DNA of 64,000 nucleotides from Tetramitus jugosus (GCA_937625935.1 OW569374.1:62001-126000), one strand, 5' to 3'; shown: positions 46,263-56,113, counted from the stretch's first letter. Made by a program: numbers and translations. Notes: a model not told the origin generated them from the sequence alone.

Positions 46263-47645
46263 ATGAAGAATACCACACCTCTGTCTAAGAGGGCAGAACA
46301 ACTCAAAGATGTTCCTACATTTGTCACGGCTTCCAGTGAAGTTTTTTCTGATTTGTACCATGAAGAGACGAACAAGAATGGTTTCATTAACCTCGGTGTA
46401 GCAGACAACGTGCTCATGGCCCAAGAAATGTGTCAAAAGATTCAAGAACTTCAAGCCAAGCACCCAATCGAACCGCGACACTTGAATTACACTGATTTCA
46501 CTGGTGATCCAATGTTCCGAGTATCGTTGGCTCACTTGCTGCAGAACAATATTTTCTCCAGTTCTGGAAATGATCGCTCTGCTGATGTTAACTTTGGCAA
46601 GAAGAGTGTGAATCCAGATCATTTGATTGTTGGAAATGGTGCGGGTTCCATCTTGGAGCTACTTGGTTCAGTGATATGCGATGAAGGTGAGTATATTATG
46701 ATTCCTGCTCCCCTGTATCGTTCTTTTCCTAGTGACTTTGGAAAGAGGTTCCACTGCAAGGTCTTGCCCGTTTATCTGCCATATGATGCTCAGAAGCAGC
46801 AATTTGAACTCACACTAGAAGTGGTTCAAGAGTGCTTTAGGCGTGCAAGGACCATCGAAGGCAAGACAGTGAGAGCTTTTCTGCTCTGTTCGCCAAACAA
46901 TCCCACTGGTGAGATTTACTCTGAGAGTGTGATGCGTCAGTTGATGGACTGGTGCGAGGAAACAAATATCCATTTCATTAGTGATGAAGTGTACGCTCTG
47001 TCCATATTTAACAATAACAAGACAAGTAATGGAGATGCTAATTATGTGGATTCAGTCAGTGCTGGTCGATTGATGCTAGACGACAAGTATGGAGATCAAG
47101 GTTGTCAGTTCACTCACCTCGTCTACAGTTTTAGCAAGGACTTTGCCTTGAGTGGCTTCAGAGTCGGTGTACTTTATTCACACAATGCCAATGTTTTACA
47201 GGCATTTAGAAGCTGTAGCTACTTTGTTGGTGTGAGTTCATACACGCAACAAGTGATGAGTCACATGTTGAAGGATGAAGATTTCATACGATTCTTTACT
47301 AGAACAAATGTGAAACGCATGACTGAGGCGTATGAATCAGCAGCCAATGCACTCCAAAAACGCAGTGTTAAGTTTATAGATGCCAGAGGAGGTATGTTTC
47401 TGTTTGTCTATCTTGGAGATCACATCCGAAGATGGATGAAAAAGTCATCAGACTATCAGATTACTGTTGTTGATGAAAGAGCATTCTGGAATCATATTTT
47501 CAGACAGGCCAAAGTGAACATTAGTGCAGGTGAGACCTTCTTTTGCTCTCAAGATCCAGGATGGTTCAGGATTTGTTTCACTGCTGCTCCTGCTCGCACA
47601 TTGCAACTCGGTTTCGATAGGATCTTCAAGTCCATTGAAGAATAA
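46263..47645 (+). CDS. ACC synthase-like PLP-dependent enzyme (aminotransferase class I/II), 460 aa
   Basis: FINLGVADN, SPNNPTG, HFISDEVY, YSFSKDFALSGFRVG (PLP lysine), PGWFRICF. Confidence 0.88.
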   Translation: MKNTTPLSKRAEQLKDVPTFVTASSEVFSDLYHEETNKNGFINLGVADNVLMAQEMCQKIQELQAKHPIEPRHLNYTDFTGDPMFRVSLAHLLQNNIFSSSGNDRSADVNFGKKSVNPDHLIVGNGAGSILELLGSVICDEGEYIMIPAPLYRSFPSDFGKRFHCKVLPVYLPYDAQKQQFELTLEVVQECFRRARTIEGKTVRAFLLCSPNNPTGEIYSESVMRQLMDWCEETNIHFISDEVYALSIFNNNKTSNGDANYVDSVSAGRLMLDDKYGDQGCQFTHLVYSFSKDFALSGFRVGVLYSHNANVLQAFRSCSYFVGVSSYTQQVMSHMLKDEDFIRFFTRTNVKRMTEAYESAANALQKRSVKFIDARGGMFLFVYLGDHIRRWMKKSSDYQITVVDERAFWNHIFRQAKVNISAGETFFCSQDPGWFRICFTAAPARTLQLGFDRIFKSIEE

Positions 47646-47971
47646 AGTTCAGCTTGACTTCATCAACAGTTGAATTTCGTTTCTCGTTCGTTGTCGTGAA
47701 CAAGTGGTGAAGGGTTTCGAAGAACCTTGCTCACAAATGTTCTGGATCTCTTTTCAGCAATATCTCTTTCTTGATTCCGTTCTTCCTCATCCCTCTCATT
47801 ATTTGATGCACTGCTTCTCCACCCACCTCTTTACTGTTAGAAGCGTTCGCAGAGCGATAGTACGGGTTGCAGCCCTTTGAGTTTTGTTTCATCCCATTTT
47901 CGTCTGTCACCTGGTAGTTCGGTCTCCAAATGTCGCTTTCGGATCCAAAAACCATGAAAAACTATATTGAT

Positions 47972-48090
47972 GTCTACGTTCATACAATGGTGGAACCACC
48001 TCTTCCCATTTCGAATAGAGAAGTTAAGCACCATCTGGCTGAGTTAGTATTGAGATAGGAGACTACTCGAGAACCCTCAGTAATGTAGGC
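47972..48090 (+). rRNA. 5S rRNA: 5S rRNA gene, copy 1 (119 nt)
   Basis: GTCTACGTTCATAC...GAAGTTAAGC...GTTAGTATTGAGATAGGAGAC...GAA...TGTAGGC is colinear with eukaryotic 5S. Termini pair (GTCTAC/GTAGGC). TTTT Pol III terminator at 48091-48094. Confidence 0.95.
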
Positions 48091-48421
48091 TTTTAAGTTT
48101 TACCTGTCGGAATGTGATAGGGCAACAAGAATTGGACAATTGCTGTGAATTTGCAGTTTTGTTTCCCACTACTATCTCTTGCACCACACTTGCTCAAACA
48201 AAGAGATCAATGACTAAGAATACAATTATTTTGCATCTGGTCATCCCAGAGTCTTACTAAATTGGAATCACAAAACTTTGCTACCATTATTAAACTGAAC
48301 GCATCAACTGAGAAGAAAGTTAAATCCCTCGTGAGGAGATAGATATCTTATGACATGAGTTGGCGAAGAACTTGGAGTTATGTGAATGAACTACATTATT
48401 TACATATTTACAAATTGGTGA

Positions 48422-49327
48422 TTACAATTCCAACAATTGCGCGACTGTTTTGGTTATGTCACCTCGGTTCTTCCTCAATAGAAACTTGTTGAAGTCTTCG
48501 TTCGCAAAACCCATTGCAACCAATGAATTCAATTGGGCTGGATACTCAAATTCTTGTTCTTTGGTATTCTCTGAGATGGTTTCACTCTCCTTCACCTGGT
48601 CTTCTTGCTTTTCTGGTTGCTCTGGTGCATCTTCAATAATCGGAGCTTCATCGTCTACATGTTCTGGTTGCTCATCTTCTTGAGATGATTCTTTCTTATC
48701 TACTAAAGCTATTTCCTCCTGCTTCTCTTCTCCCTTGGGCTTCTCTTCAGTTTCTTTTTTCTCTCCTTTGTTCGAAGATTCTTGACTCTTGTCTTGAGAT
48801 TCCTCAAAGAAAGCTTCGAGTACTGAATTGATTAAGTTCTCCAAGTCAAATGGATCCTGTTTCTTCTGAGTTTGTTGGTTTTGACCAATGATGGAACATG
48901 GACGAGATAGGATTCTTTGACAACTTGTTGATCTTACCTCCATTTGCTGCTGAGGAGCAAAGAGGAAATCGATCGGGAAACCTTGCACAGCAGCACGATG
49001 CGATTCTCTGAGAGGTTTAGGTCTGCGAACAATATTGCATTTCAACCTCAATATTGCCCTTGGATCAACACTTACTAGTGCAGCACCCACTTTCAATGCA
49101 ACTTTCCACTCTTCTTCTGTGGTGACAGTAATCCACTCGTTTTCGTCATCCAAGTATTGAATGAGGAAATCGAAATTGCCGGAAGCAGAATCATGGAATG
49201 GAGAAGCTTCATGAACTTCCTTCAACTTGGCTTGGAGAGAGAGGAGGGTGTCGATATTTGGATTCAGTTCCAGTCTTCTGACTTCGTTTCCAGGGCGTAG
49301 ATAGATCTTGGTAGTTAAGGTGGACAT
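48422..49327 (-). CDS. PB1-UBA protein (p62/SQSTM1/NBR1-like ubiquitin receptor), 301 aa
   Basis: PB1 with basic Lys (TTKIY..EVRR) and acidic OPCA motif (IQYLDDENEWITVTTEEEW). C-terminal UBA (YPAQLNSLVAMGF..NKFLLRKNRGDITKTVAQLL). Confidence 0.85.
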   Translation of the reverse strand: MSTLTTKIYLRPGNEVRRLELNPNIDTLLSLQAKLKEVHEASPFHDSASGNFDFLIQYLDDENEWITVTTEEEWKVALKVGAALVSVDPRAILRLKCNIVRRPKPLRESHRAAVQGFPIDFLFAPQQQMEVRSTSCQRILSRPCSIIGQNQQTQKKQDPFDLENLINSVLEAFFEESQDKSQESSNKGEKKETEEKPKGEEKQEEIALVDKKESSQEDEQPEHVDDEAPIIEDAPEQPEKQEDQVKESETISENTKEQEFEYPAQLNSLVAMGFANEDFNKFLLRKNRGDITKTVAQLLEL

Positions 49328-50143
49328 TGAACAAAAGGTAATTGGCAGACAGGAAAGATAAGATAAATTATCAGAGGTATTTGGTGTTGTTTGTTAGAAT
49401 AAAATCCAAACACTCACACAACATTTAAACTTCCTCCGGAATGGTTGGATTGTTCCTGTTGTAGCTGTTCCAGTGATTTCCGGGCCAAACCAAAAATAAT
49501 GTCAATTCCATGTCCGCAGCGGACAAACAGCATTCTTCAGATTTTGTGAAGAATCAGGTTGGCCAACATGCACCAGCTGTGCACCACTTCACGAAAATCT
49601 CAGTACCACAGTATCACAAAATATTATTCTCATGGGGCACGGTTGTAAGAGCATATGGTAGAACAATCTCAAAAATTAGAGAACAAAATATTCCTCGCCT
49701 GAAAGGTCAACTGCAACTTTGATAATCTTTTTGTTTTGTAACGTACTCAATCTCCTTTTCCAAGATCAACAATGAACAGTGCATAGAACTCCCATAGCCG
49801 CCTTCTCTCCTTCTCTTAATCCCTTAGTGGCCGTCTCCATGTCTCTAGAGGAGTCAGTGTTCGTCTAAATTTCTGCAGTATACCATTGGACGTGAAGCAA
49901 TCATCTTTCAGTTAAACCTATATCAACATTCGTCAATACCATGTTAGTGTATGAGAATAGCCGAGGAAATGCCGTGACTGCTGTGACAACACTACCGTCA
50001 CTGGGCGTATAGAATACAATTCGATTGGCAGAACAAGAGCTCCTCATTGATTTGATCAAGTCTTGATGACATAATCTGCTGGAGTCATATTGGCCGTATG
50101 ATGCAGTATTCAATGTAAAGAGTGTTCACTACGGCAAACAAAA

Positions 50144-50262
50144 GCCTACATTACTGAGGGTTCTCGAGTAGTCTCCTATCTCAATACTAACTCAGCCAGA
50201 TGGTGCTTAACTTCTCTATTCGAAATGGGAAGAGGTGGTTCCACCATTGTATGAACGTAGAC
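50144..50262 (-). rRNA. 5S rRNA: 5S rRNA gene, copy 2 (119 nt, identical to copy 1)
   Basis: Reverse complement matches 47972-48090 at all 119 positions by manual comparison. TTTT terminator at 50143-50140. Confidence 0.95.
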
Positions 50263-50731
50263 ATTTGTATTGACTTTTCACAATTTTTGGCACCGATGAG
50301 GAATGAGATCTGAAAGTACCTTTTGTGGCGCGAGTTGTTTGAAAGAGTAAAAGAACAAGGAACGAGAAGGAGGAATTCAAGGAGGTCATGAGACCATCAA
50401 ATCAATGTCTCGATAAACTTTTGAACGATCTCAAATTATTGTTAACTTCTGTTGTTTGTACAAGAAAATGGGACCACAACTCGGAATAGAGCGTAATCCC
50501 ACGAGCCACTTTGTGACTCTGGACAGTGAAGGTTTGTTCAACTTGGTAGTGATTCGAATAAAATTCTCGATTCACGAGTTCAGCTTAAATCCTCGGCTAA
50601 TACATGACTCCTTTCCCTAACAATTATGGTTTCACTCCCTGAGGAGTTTCGAGATTGAAGTACCGATTCCTTCTGAACTACAGGCACAACTAACGAAGAA
50701 AAAAGTAGTTGTTTGAGTTTAATGTCCAAAA

Positions 50732-51907
50732 TTACAGCTCTCTTCGAAAAGAACAATACTTTTTCAATCCCTTCTCTAATCCAATCTCAGAACACACACA
50801 ACCGGCGAGGATAGATGACTCTTGAAGAGCAGAACCTTCATTGAAAGTGGAAGATGTCAGAGAGAGAATGAGTCCTGCATGAAATGAATCTCCAGCACAT
50901 GTGGTATCCCTCACAGATAATTGTTTAAAGGCATCACAATGTATAAGGATAAGAGAGTCTTCCAACAGAGAATAGGAGACAATAGGTCGCTCATTATCTA
51001 CCACAACTGACTCGCTCACCATCTTCTGGATAATGTTACGAACGGAAGTGTTCTGGAACTGATGGAGTTGACTCTCTTCCAAGAAATCTTGTCTCCTGGT
51101 CAGTAACAAGCTTCCTCTTGATCCTATGCTAACATTTACAAAAGAGTTGTTTACCATATGCTTCATCCTTCGAAACAAGTGGATCATCACATCAATCTTT
51201 GTTTCCGCAGACAAATCGAGTAATCTCTCGTGTGCGATGTACTCTTCAACGAACGATTCTGAGCATACGATATACTGAACATACTCTATTAGATCAAGCA
51301 ATTCTGGTTCAGATGGCTTTATTCGCTCAAGTTCAAGCATTATGCTGACTCTCTCATCGCGAACATTCAGATCGGTCAACTGACAGTGCCTCATGAGCTC
51401 TCTGGCTGCTGTTAAATGTCTACCGTCCAAGAACAGAAACGTAACACCAGAAAGAAACTGCTCAGCACAAGAACTCGTCAATGTTAGTTCACTGGTCGAT
51501 GTGGGGCAGTGAATAATGGTTCTCTGTTGACAATTCTCACCACTCACAATGATATGACTCACTGCGGTACTGCCCTCGGCAACAACAACAAATTGTGAAT
51601 CGATACGCGATGTTTCATGATTCAAAACAGATAGAACATGTTGACCAAACACATCAGATCCAATCTTTGAGAGGAATCGACAAGATGGTGACTTGATCTC
51701 TTCAGCAGGCAGACTGTCAGCCTCTTCGTACTTCAAGTCCATACTACTAGACAAAAGGGACGAGAGTGCGATCATGACATTTGCTGCATTTCCACCAACT
51801 TCGACATGGGATGATGAATCAGCCCGAGATTTTGTGTCTGGTTGAGGGAATTGTCTCATTGTGCTGTACATGTCCAGACAACAAACACCACAACCTGCTA
51901 TGATCAT
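50732..51907 (-). CDS. pfkB/ribokinase-family carbohydrate kinase (ketohexokinase-like), 391 aa
   Basis: GVCCLD, GGNAANV, SKIGSDVFG, FLDGRH, VRDTTCAGDSF. Confidence 0.88.
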   Translation of the reverse strand: MIIAGCGVCCLDMYSTMRQFPQPDTKSRADSSSHVEVGGNAANVMIALSSLLSSSMDLKYEEADSLPAEEIKSPSCRFLSKIGSDVFGQHVLSVLNHETSRIDSQFVVVAEGSTAVSHIIVSGENCQQRTIIHCPTSTSELTLTSSCAEQFLSGVTFLFLDGRHLTAARELMRHCQLTDLNVRDERVSIMLELERIKPSEPELLDLIEYVQYIVCSESFVEEYIAHERLLDLSAETKIDVMIHLFRRMKHMVNNSFVNVSIGSRGSLLLTRRQDFLEESQLHQFQNTSVRNIIQKMVSESVVVDNERPIVSYSLLEDSLILIHCDAFKQLSVRDTTCAGDSFHAGLILSLTSSTFNEGSALQESSILAGCVCSEIGLEKGLKKYCSFRREL

Positions 51908-52143
51908 TGTCTGTTGTTTTTTTGCTTACGTTTTTTCAATTCTTTTTCCAGATCTCCATTGCTTGGAGGTGTTCCATCTACTGATATCATCAGCCCCACC
52001 AAAGCATTTCCGTCCTTTTCTATCTCTATTGGCCAAAGAAAACTACACAAGAATCGAAAGGACCATCGCACGCATTTGGTAGTGTCGCGTATTTTTTGGA
52101 AAAGCGTTTTTTGGATAATAAAATAGTCGATATTACAATACAG

Positions 52144-52216
52144 AGCATCTTGGCGCAGCGGTTAGCGCGACGGGCTCATAACCCGTAGGTCCCAGGATCG
52201 ATACCTGGAGATGCTA
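52144..52216 (+). tRNA. tRNA-iMet: Initiator tRNA-Met (CAT)
   Basis: Cloverleaf AGCATCT/AGATGCT, GCGC/GCGC, ACGGG-CTCATAA-CCCGT, CCAGG-ATCGATA-CCTGG. A1:U72, three G:C pairs in the anticodon stem and A54/A60 are eukaryotic initiator hallmarks. T-run terminator at about 52226. Confidence 0.95.
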
Positions 52217-52370
52217 AAATCAACCTTTTTTCTTTTTGAAGACCATAGAAGAACTTGAACGAACAAGGTACTTTTTGTTCCTCAGACCTTGACTCGATCG
52301 ATCCCAACACACCCACAAAAACGCTCTGGCCGAACAAATAACCCCAAAAGCTAAAATCAAGAAAGCAAGC

Positions 52371-54200
52371 ATGAGAGTACTGGACCTATTGAACCGTTTC
52401 ATTACGAATCCATCCAAAATGAACCACAACGACTGTGACATCCCTTCATTTGTTGCTTCACTGCCTCAAATCTCTCCTCAGACGACTTCTCCCATCATCA
52501 GTGATAGTGGTGGTGGAGCTTCCTCTTTAGCTTCGTTGGCCAGTGAAGTAAATGTGTTGCCTGATGATCCATCTGAAGAACAAGTCAGGAATGCGACCAA
52601 TGAGCAATTGGAGCAGTACATTGAGAGACACAAGTACATTGTGTCGAATGACAAGAGTGTAAAGGTTATGGTCCCATCTCAGAGCATTATGAAATCACTG
52701 GTCGGTATAGAGTACTTGAGAAGGATTGATGAGTCAGAGAGTAGAGATTCGGAAGCTTGGATGTTCCCTGAGAATAGCTCAACATCAACAATAACAACTG
52801 GAGTTGATGTTGTTGAAGATAGGGATAAGACAGTGGATGACGATACAGAGATTATTAATGTGGTGGACGATGTAAATGAAACAGATGTTGAACATGGCAA
52901 TGATGATGACAAAGATGGTGAAGATGGTGAAGATGGTGACGACGAAGATCACAATGTTGAGAATCATGTGAAATCGATTATTGACGTTGATGAGAAACAA
53001 AATGTTGAAAAAGATGACACAATAGTGGAGCATGCAATTACGAAGAAAGAGTATCTAGCAGAGTTTGAGCGTATGATATTGACGCCACCTACGCCTTCAC
53101 CTGCATCAAACGACTATTGCGTGTGTACAATGCGCAACGGTGTGACATTTGTATTACCTGTTCGATATAAGATCGAAAATGTGTTAGGTTCTGGATCGTA
53201 TGGCCTAGTAGTGAAAGCATATGATGAACATTTGGGCAGGCATGTGGCCATAAAGAAAATTAGTTCAGTGTTTGACGAGAATGAAGAATATCAAAAGCGA
53301 ATATGGAGAGAAGTGACAATCATGAAGCACTTGAACGGCAACGAGAGTATTGTTCAGTTGTTAGATATTATTGCGCCTCCCTCGTACGACGAATTCAATG
53401 ATATCTACGTGGTCATGGACCATATGGAGTGTGATATGAATCGATTATTGAGGAGCGATCAAGACATCAACGAACAAGCCATTGCATTCTTCCTCTATGT
53501 AATTCTATATGGCCTAAAATATATGCACTCTGCTGGAATTGTTCACAGAGATATTAAGCCAAGTAATTTATTGATCAACTCCGACATGGATGTAAAGATA
53601 TGTGACTTTGGATTGTCTCGTGTCATTGGTCTGGAAGAAGCCGATGAAGAAGCAAGAACCATGTATGTTGTCTCTCGGTGGTACAGAGCCCCAGAGTTGA
53701 TTCTAGAGTACAAGGATGCGTCGTTCCCAGTGGACATGTGGTCACTGGGCTGTATTTTTGCCGAGATGCTGCTTCCAAGAGGAAAACGAACTCCATTGTT
53801 CAAGGGAGACAGCTCACTTAAACAATTGGGCTTTATTATGAAGTTTGTGGGCAGTCAGAGATTATCTGATATCAAGGGCAGTCCCAGAGCAGCTCTCTAC
53901 GTTCAAAAGACCTATCAAAACATTCCAAAGCAAAATTTGAGTGAAATGTTCCCGAACGCCAGTGAATCTGCCTTGGATTTGCTCAATGGAATGCTACAGT
54001 TCAATCCAAACAAGAGAATAACAGTGGATGAAGCTCTAAAGCATCCTTTCCTGGAACAATTGTATGACAGCTCCGAAGAGTTGTGCGACAAGCTATACAT
54101 GTGGTATGATCGAAGCAAAATGTCGGGTCATTTGAAGAGAGTATTATATGAGACCATAATACAACAACAGGCACCACAAACAACAGGTGATACACAATAA
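52371..54200 (+). CDS. MAP kinase (ERK-like) with long acidic N-terminal extension, 609 aa
   Basis: LGSGSYGLV, VAIKKI, HRDIKPSNLL, KICDFGLSR, TMYVVSRWYRAPE, RITVDEALKHPF. Start may be 52419 instead. Confidence 0.9.
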   Translation: MRVLDLLNRFITNPSKMNHNDCDIPSFVASLPQISPQTTSPIISDSGGGASSLASLASEVNVLPDDPSEEQVRNATNEQLEQYIERHKYIVSNDKSVKVMVPSQSIMKSLVGIEYLRRIDESESRDSEAWMFPENSSTSTITTGVDVVEDRDKTVDDDTEIINVVDDVNETDVEHGNDDDKDGEDGEDGDDEDHNVENHVKSIIDVDEKQNVEKDDTIVEHAITKKEYLAEFERMILTPPTPSPASNDYCVCTMRNGVTFVLPVRYKIENVLGSGSYGLVVKAYDEHLGRHVAIKKISSVFDENEEYQKRIWREVTIMKHLNGNESIVQLLDIIAPPSYDEFNDIYVVMDHMECDMNRLLRSDQDINEQAIAFFLYVILYGLKYMHSAGIVHRDIKPSNLLINSDMDVKICDFGLSRVIGLEEADEEARTMYVVSRWYRAPELILEYKDASFPVDMWSLGCIFAEMLLPRGKRTPLFKGDSSLKQLGFIMKFVGSQRLSDIKGSPRAALYVQKTYQNIPKQNLSEMFPNASESALDLLNGMLQFNPNKRITVDEALKHPFLEQLYDSSEELCDKLYMWYDRSKMSGHLKRVLYETIIQQQAPQTTGDTQ

Positions 54201-54563
54201 AGAATAACAAATGGGAATCATGGAGATATTCGTAATCAATGATGCTCATACAACAAGTAACGTTAATGATATATACCTTTTTATCATCATCTTCCCGCCA
54301 TTCACGCTGAGTGAAACGAGTCCCTGTCCAATATCTGAAAAAATATTTTGAAAAAACAAAATTTTTGAAAGACGATGTGGTTTTTGTTCCCTGCCAAGCA
54401 TCTTAAACAACTAACGCTAATTCCTCAACTACCCGAGAATTTAAAACTTTGCCAGTTGAGTGGTTACAAGAAAAAAGGATGTTTGAATAATTATTTGTTT
54501 GTTTTTAATTCTTGTTGAGCACACTTAGGGTCAACAAGTGTTTTGCATTTTGATATCAGAAAC

Positions 54564-55913
54564 TTACATTTCTTCTTGATCGTCGTGCATGGACTCTTCG
54601 TGAGTTTCCTTGGAAATCTCCTCGTAGTCCTTCTCCAAAGCAGCCAAATCTTCTCTGGCCTCGGAGAACTCACCTTCTTCCATACCTTCACCGACATACC
54701 AGTGAACGAAGGCTCTCTTGGCGTACATCAAGTCGAACTTTTCGTTCATTCTTGCGAACACTTCAGCGATAGCAGTAGAGTTGGAGATCAATGCACAGCT
54801 CTTGTCAACAGGAGCCATGTCGCTTCCTGGAACAAAGGTTGGGGATTGAGAGTTCATACCAATCTTGAATGAGCATGGAGACCATTCAACGAATTGAATG
54901 TTTTGCTTGGTCTTCATAACCTTCAATGCATCAGTAACATCCTTTTGGACAATGTCACCTCTGTACATGAGGCAGCAAGAGACGTACTTGCCGTGAGATG
55001 GGTTACACTTGGCCATCATGTTTTGTGGTTCAAAGACAGCACTAGTCAACTCGAATGCAGAGTTTTGGACACAGTGCATCTCGCTGGTGGAGACAACAGG
55101 AGCCAAAGAGGACAACATGAAGTGGATTCTTGGATATGGAACCAAATTGGTTTGGAATTCGTTCAAATCAACGTTCAAAGAACCAGAGAATCTCAAACTG
55201 GTGGTCAAGCTGGAGACGACTTGAGCAACCATTCTGTTCAAGTTGGAGTAGTTTGGTCTTTCAATCTTCAATCTGTTCTTGCAAATGTCATAGATGGCTT
55301 CATTGTCCAAGACAACGTTGACATCAGTGTGTTCCAAGAGACCGTGAGTGGACAAAACAGAGTTGAATGGCTCAACAACAGAGGTGGCAACTTGAGGAGA
55401 TGGATAGACGGTGAAACCGAGCTTGCTCTTTCTGACATAGTCAACACCGAGTCTTTCCATGAGGAGAGAACCGAAACCGGATCCTGTACCTCCACCAACA
55501 GAGTTGAAGATCATGAAACCTTGCAAGCTAGAACAGCTGTCTGCAACCTTTCTGATGGTATCAACAGCAACATCGACCAAGTCCTTTCCGACAGTGTATC
55601 TACCTCTGGCAAAGTTGTTGGCAGCATCTTCCTTGCCCTTGATCAATTGACCTGGGTGGTACAATTCCTTGTAGTCACCAGATCTGATGGCATCGATCAC
55701 ACTAGGTTCGAGATCGATCATGACAGATCTTGGAACGTACTTGCCTCTTCCAGTTTCGTTGAAGAAGACGGAGCAGTCGTCCTTGACATCGTGGTTTTGG
55801 TCTCTGGTACCATCAGGCTTGATTCCGTGCTCGAGGCAGTACAATTCCCAGCATGCGTTACCAACTTGGATACCGGCTTGACCAATGTGGAGTGAAATAA
55901 TTTCGCGAGTCAT
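54564..55913 (-). CDS. TUBA: Divergent alpha-tubulin, 449 aa
   Basis: [93 protein letters not shown]. Confidence 0.97.
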   Translation of the reverse strand: MTREIISLHIGQAGIQVGNACWELYCLEHGIKPDGTRDQNHDVKDDCSVFFNETGRGKYVPRSVMIDLEPSVIDAIRSGDYKELYHPGQLIKGKEDAANNFARGRYTVGKDLVDVAVDTIRKVADSCSSLQGFMIFNSVGGGTGSGFGSLLMERLGVDYVRKSKLGFTVYPSPQVATSVVEPFNSVLSTHGLLEHTDVNVVLDNEAIYDICKNRLKIERPNYSNLNRMVAQVVSSLTTSLRFSGSLNVDLNEFQTNLVPYPRIHFMLSSLAPVVSTSEMHCVQNSAFELTSAVFEPQNMMAKCNPSHGKYVSCCLMYRGDIVQKDVTDALKVMKTKQNIQFVEWSPCSFKIGMNSQSPTFVPGSDMAPVDKSCALISNSTAIAEVFARMNEKFDLMYAKRAFVHWYVGEGMEEGEFSEAREDLAALEKDYEEISKETHEESMHDDQEEM

Positions 55914-56102
55914 TTTTCTTAAAAGTTCTTGTTATAGTAAGTAGCAATAGATTACTCTGGTCCTGTGTAATGAAGGATGAGTGTGTGTATATTGTTTAGG
56001 TAGTGTGTTTTGTTTGTTTTGAGAAATGAAAATCCTTGGTGTGGGTGTCACAATTTAAATATGTGACAGCAAACGTCAACACTTTTCATAACGGTGAAAA
56101 AT

Positions 56103-56113
56103 GGCGCGAAAAA
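56103..56113 (-). promoter_or_regulatory. E2F-like site TTTTTCGCGCC upstream of alpha-tubulin
   Basis: Plus strand GGCGCGAAAAA; matches TTTSSCGC about 190 nt upstream of the tubulin ATG. Confidence 0.4.

Noticed and set aside
47731-47955. Short ORFs flanking the 5S genes (47731-47955, 49901-50113) and coding-like text at 50350-50490
   Set aside because: No recognisable domains or splice support; may be gene remnants but cannot be supported.
47972-50262. Inverted repeat pair first read as terminal inverted repeats of a DNA transposon carrying a gene
   Set aside because: The repeats are complete 5S rRNA genes; no transposase and no target-site duplication is evident.
24593-54200. MAPKKK and MAPK in one window as a linked cascade, and RGS genes as an operon-like cluster
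   Set aside because: Separated by many unrelated genes; these families are large in such genomes, so co-occurrence is not evidence of linkage.
54300-54330. CTGAGTGAAACGAGTC resembling a hammerhead ribozyme core
   Set aside because: Lacks CUGANGA plus stem II, and flanking stems could not be built.
54894-55895. 333-aa antisense ORF over alpha-tubulin (also 31907-32839 over DPP4, 14776-15504 over ARPC2, 9241-10035 over CHD1)
   Set aside because: Shadow ORFs expected from codon bias of the sense gene; no recognisable protein features.
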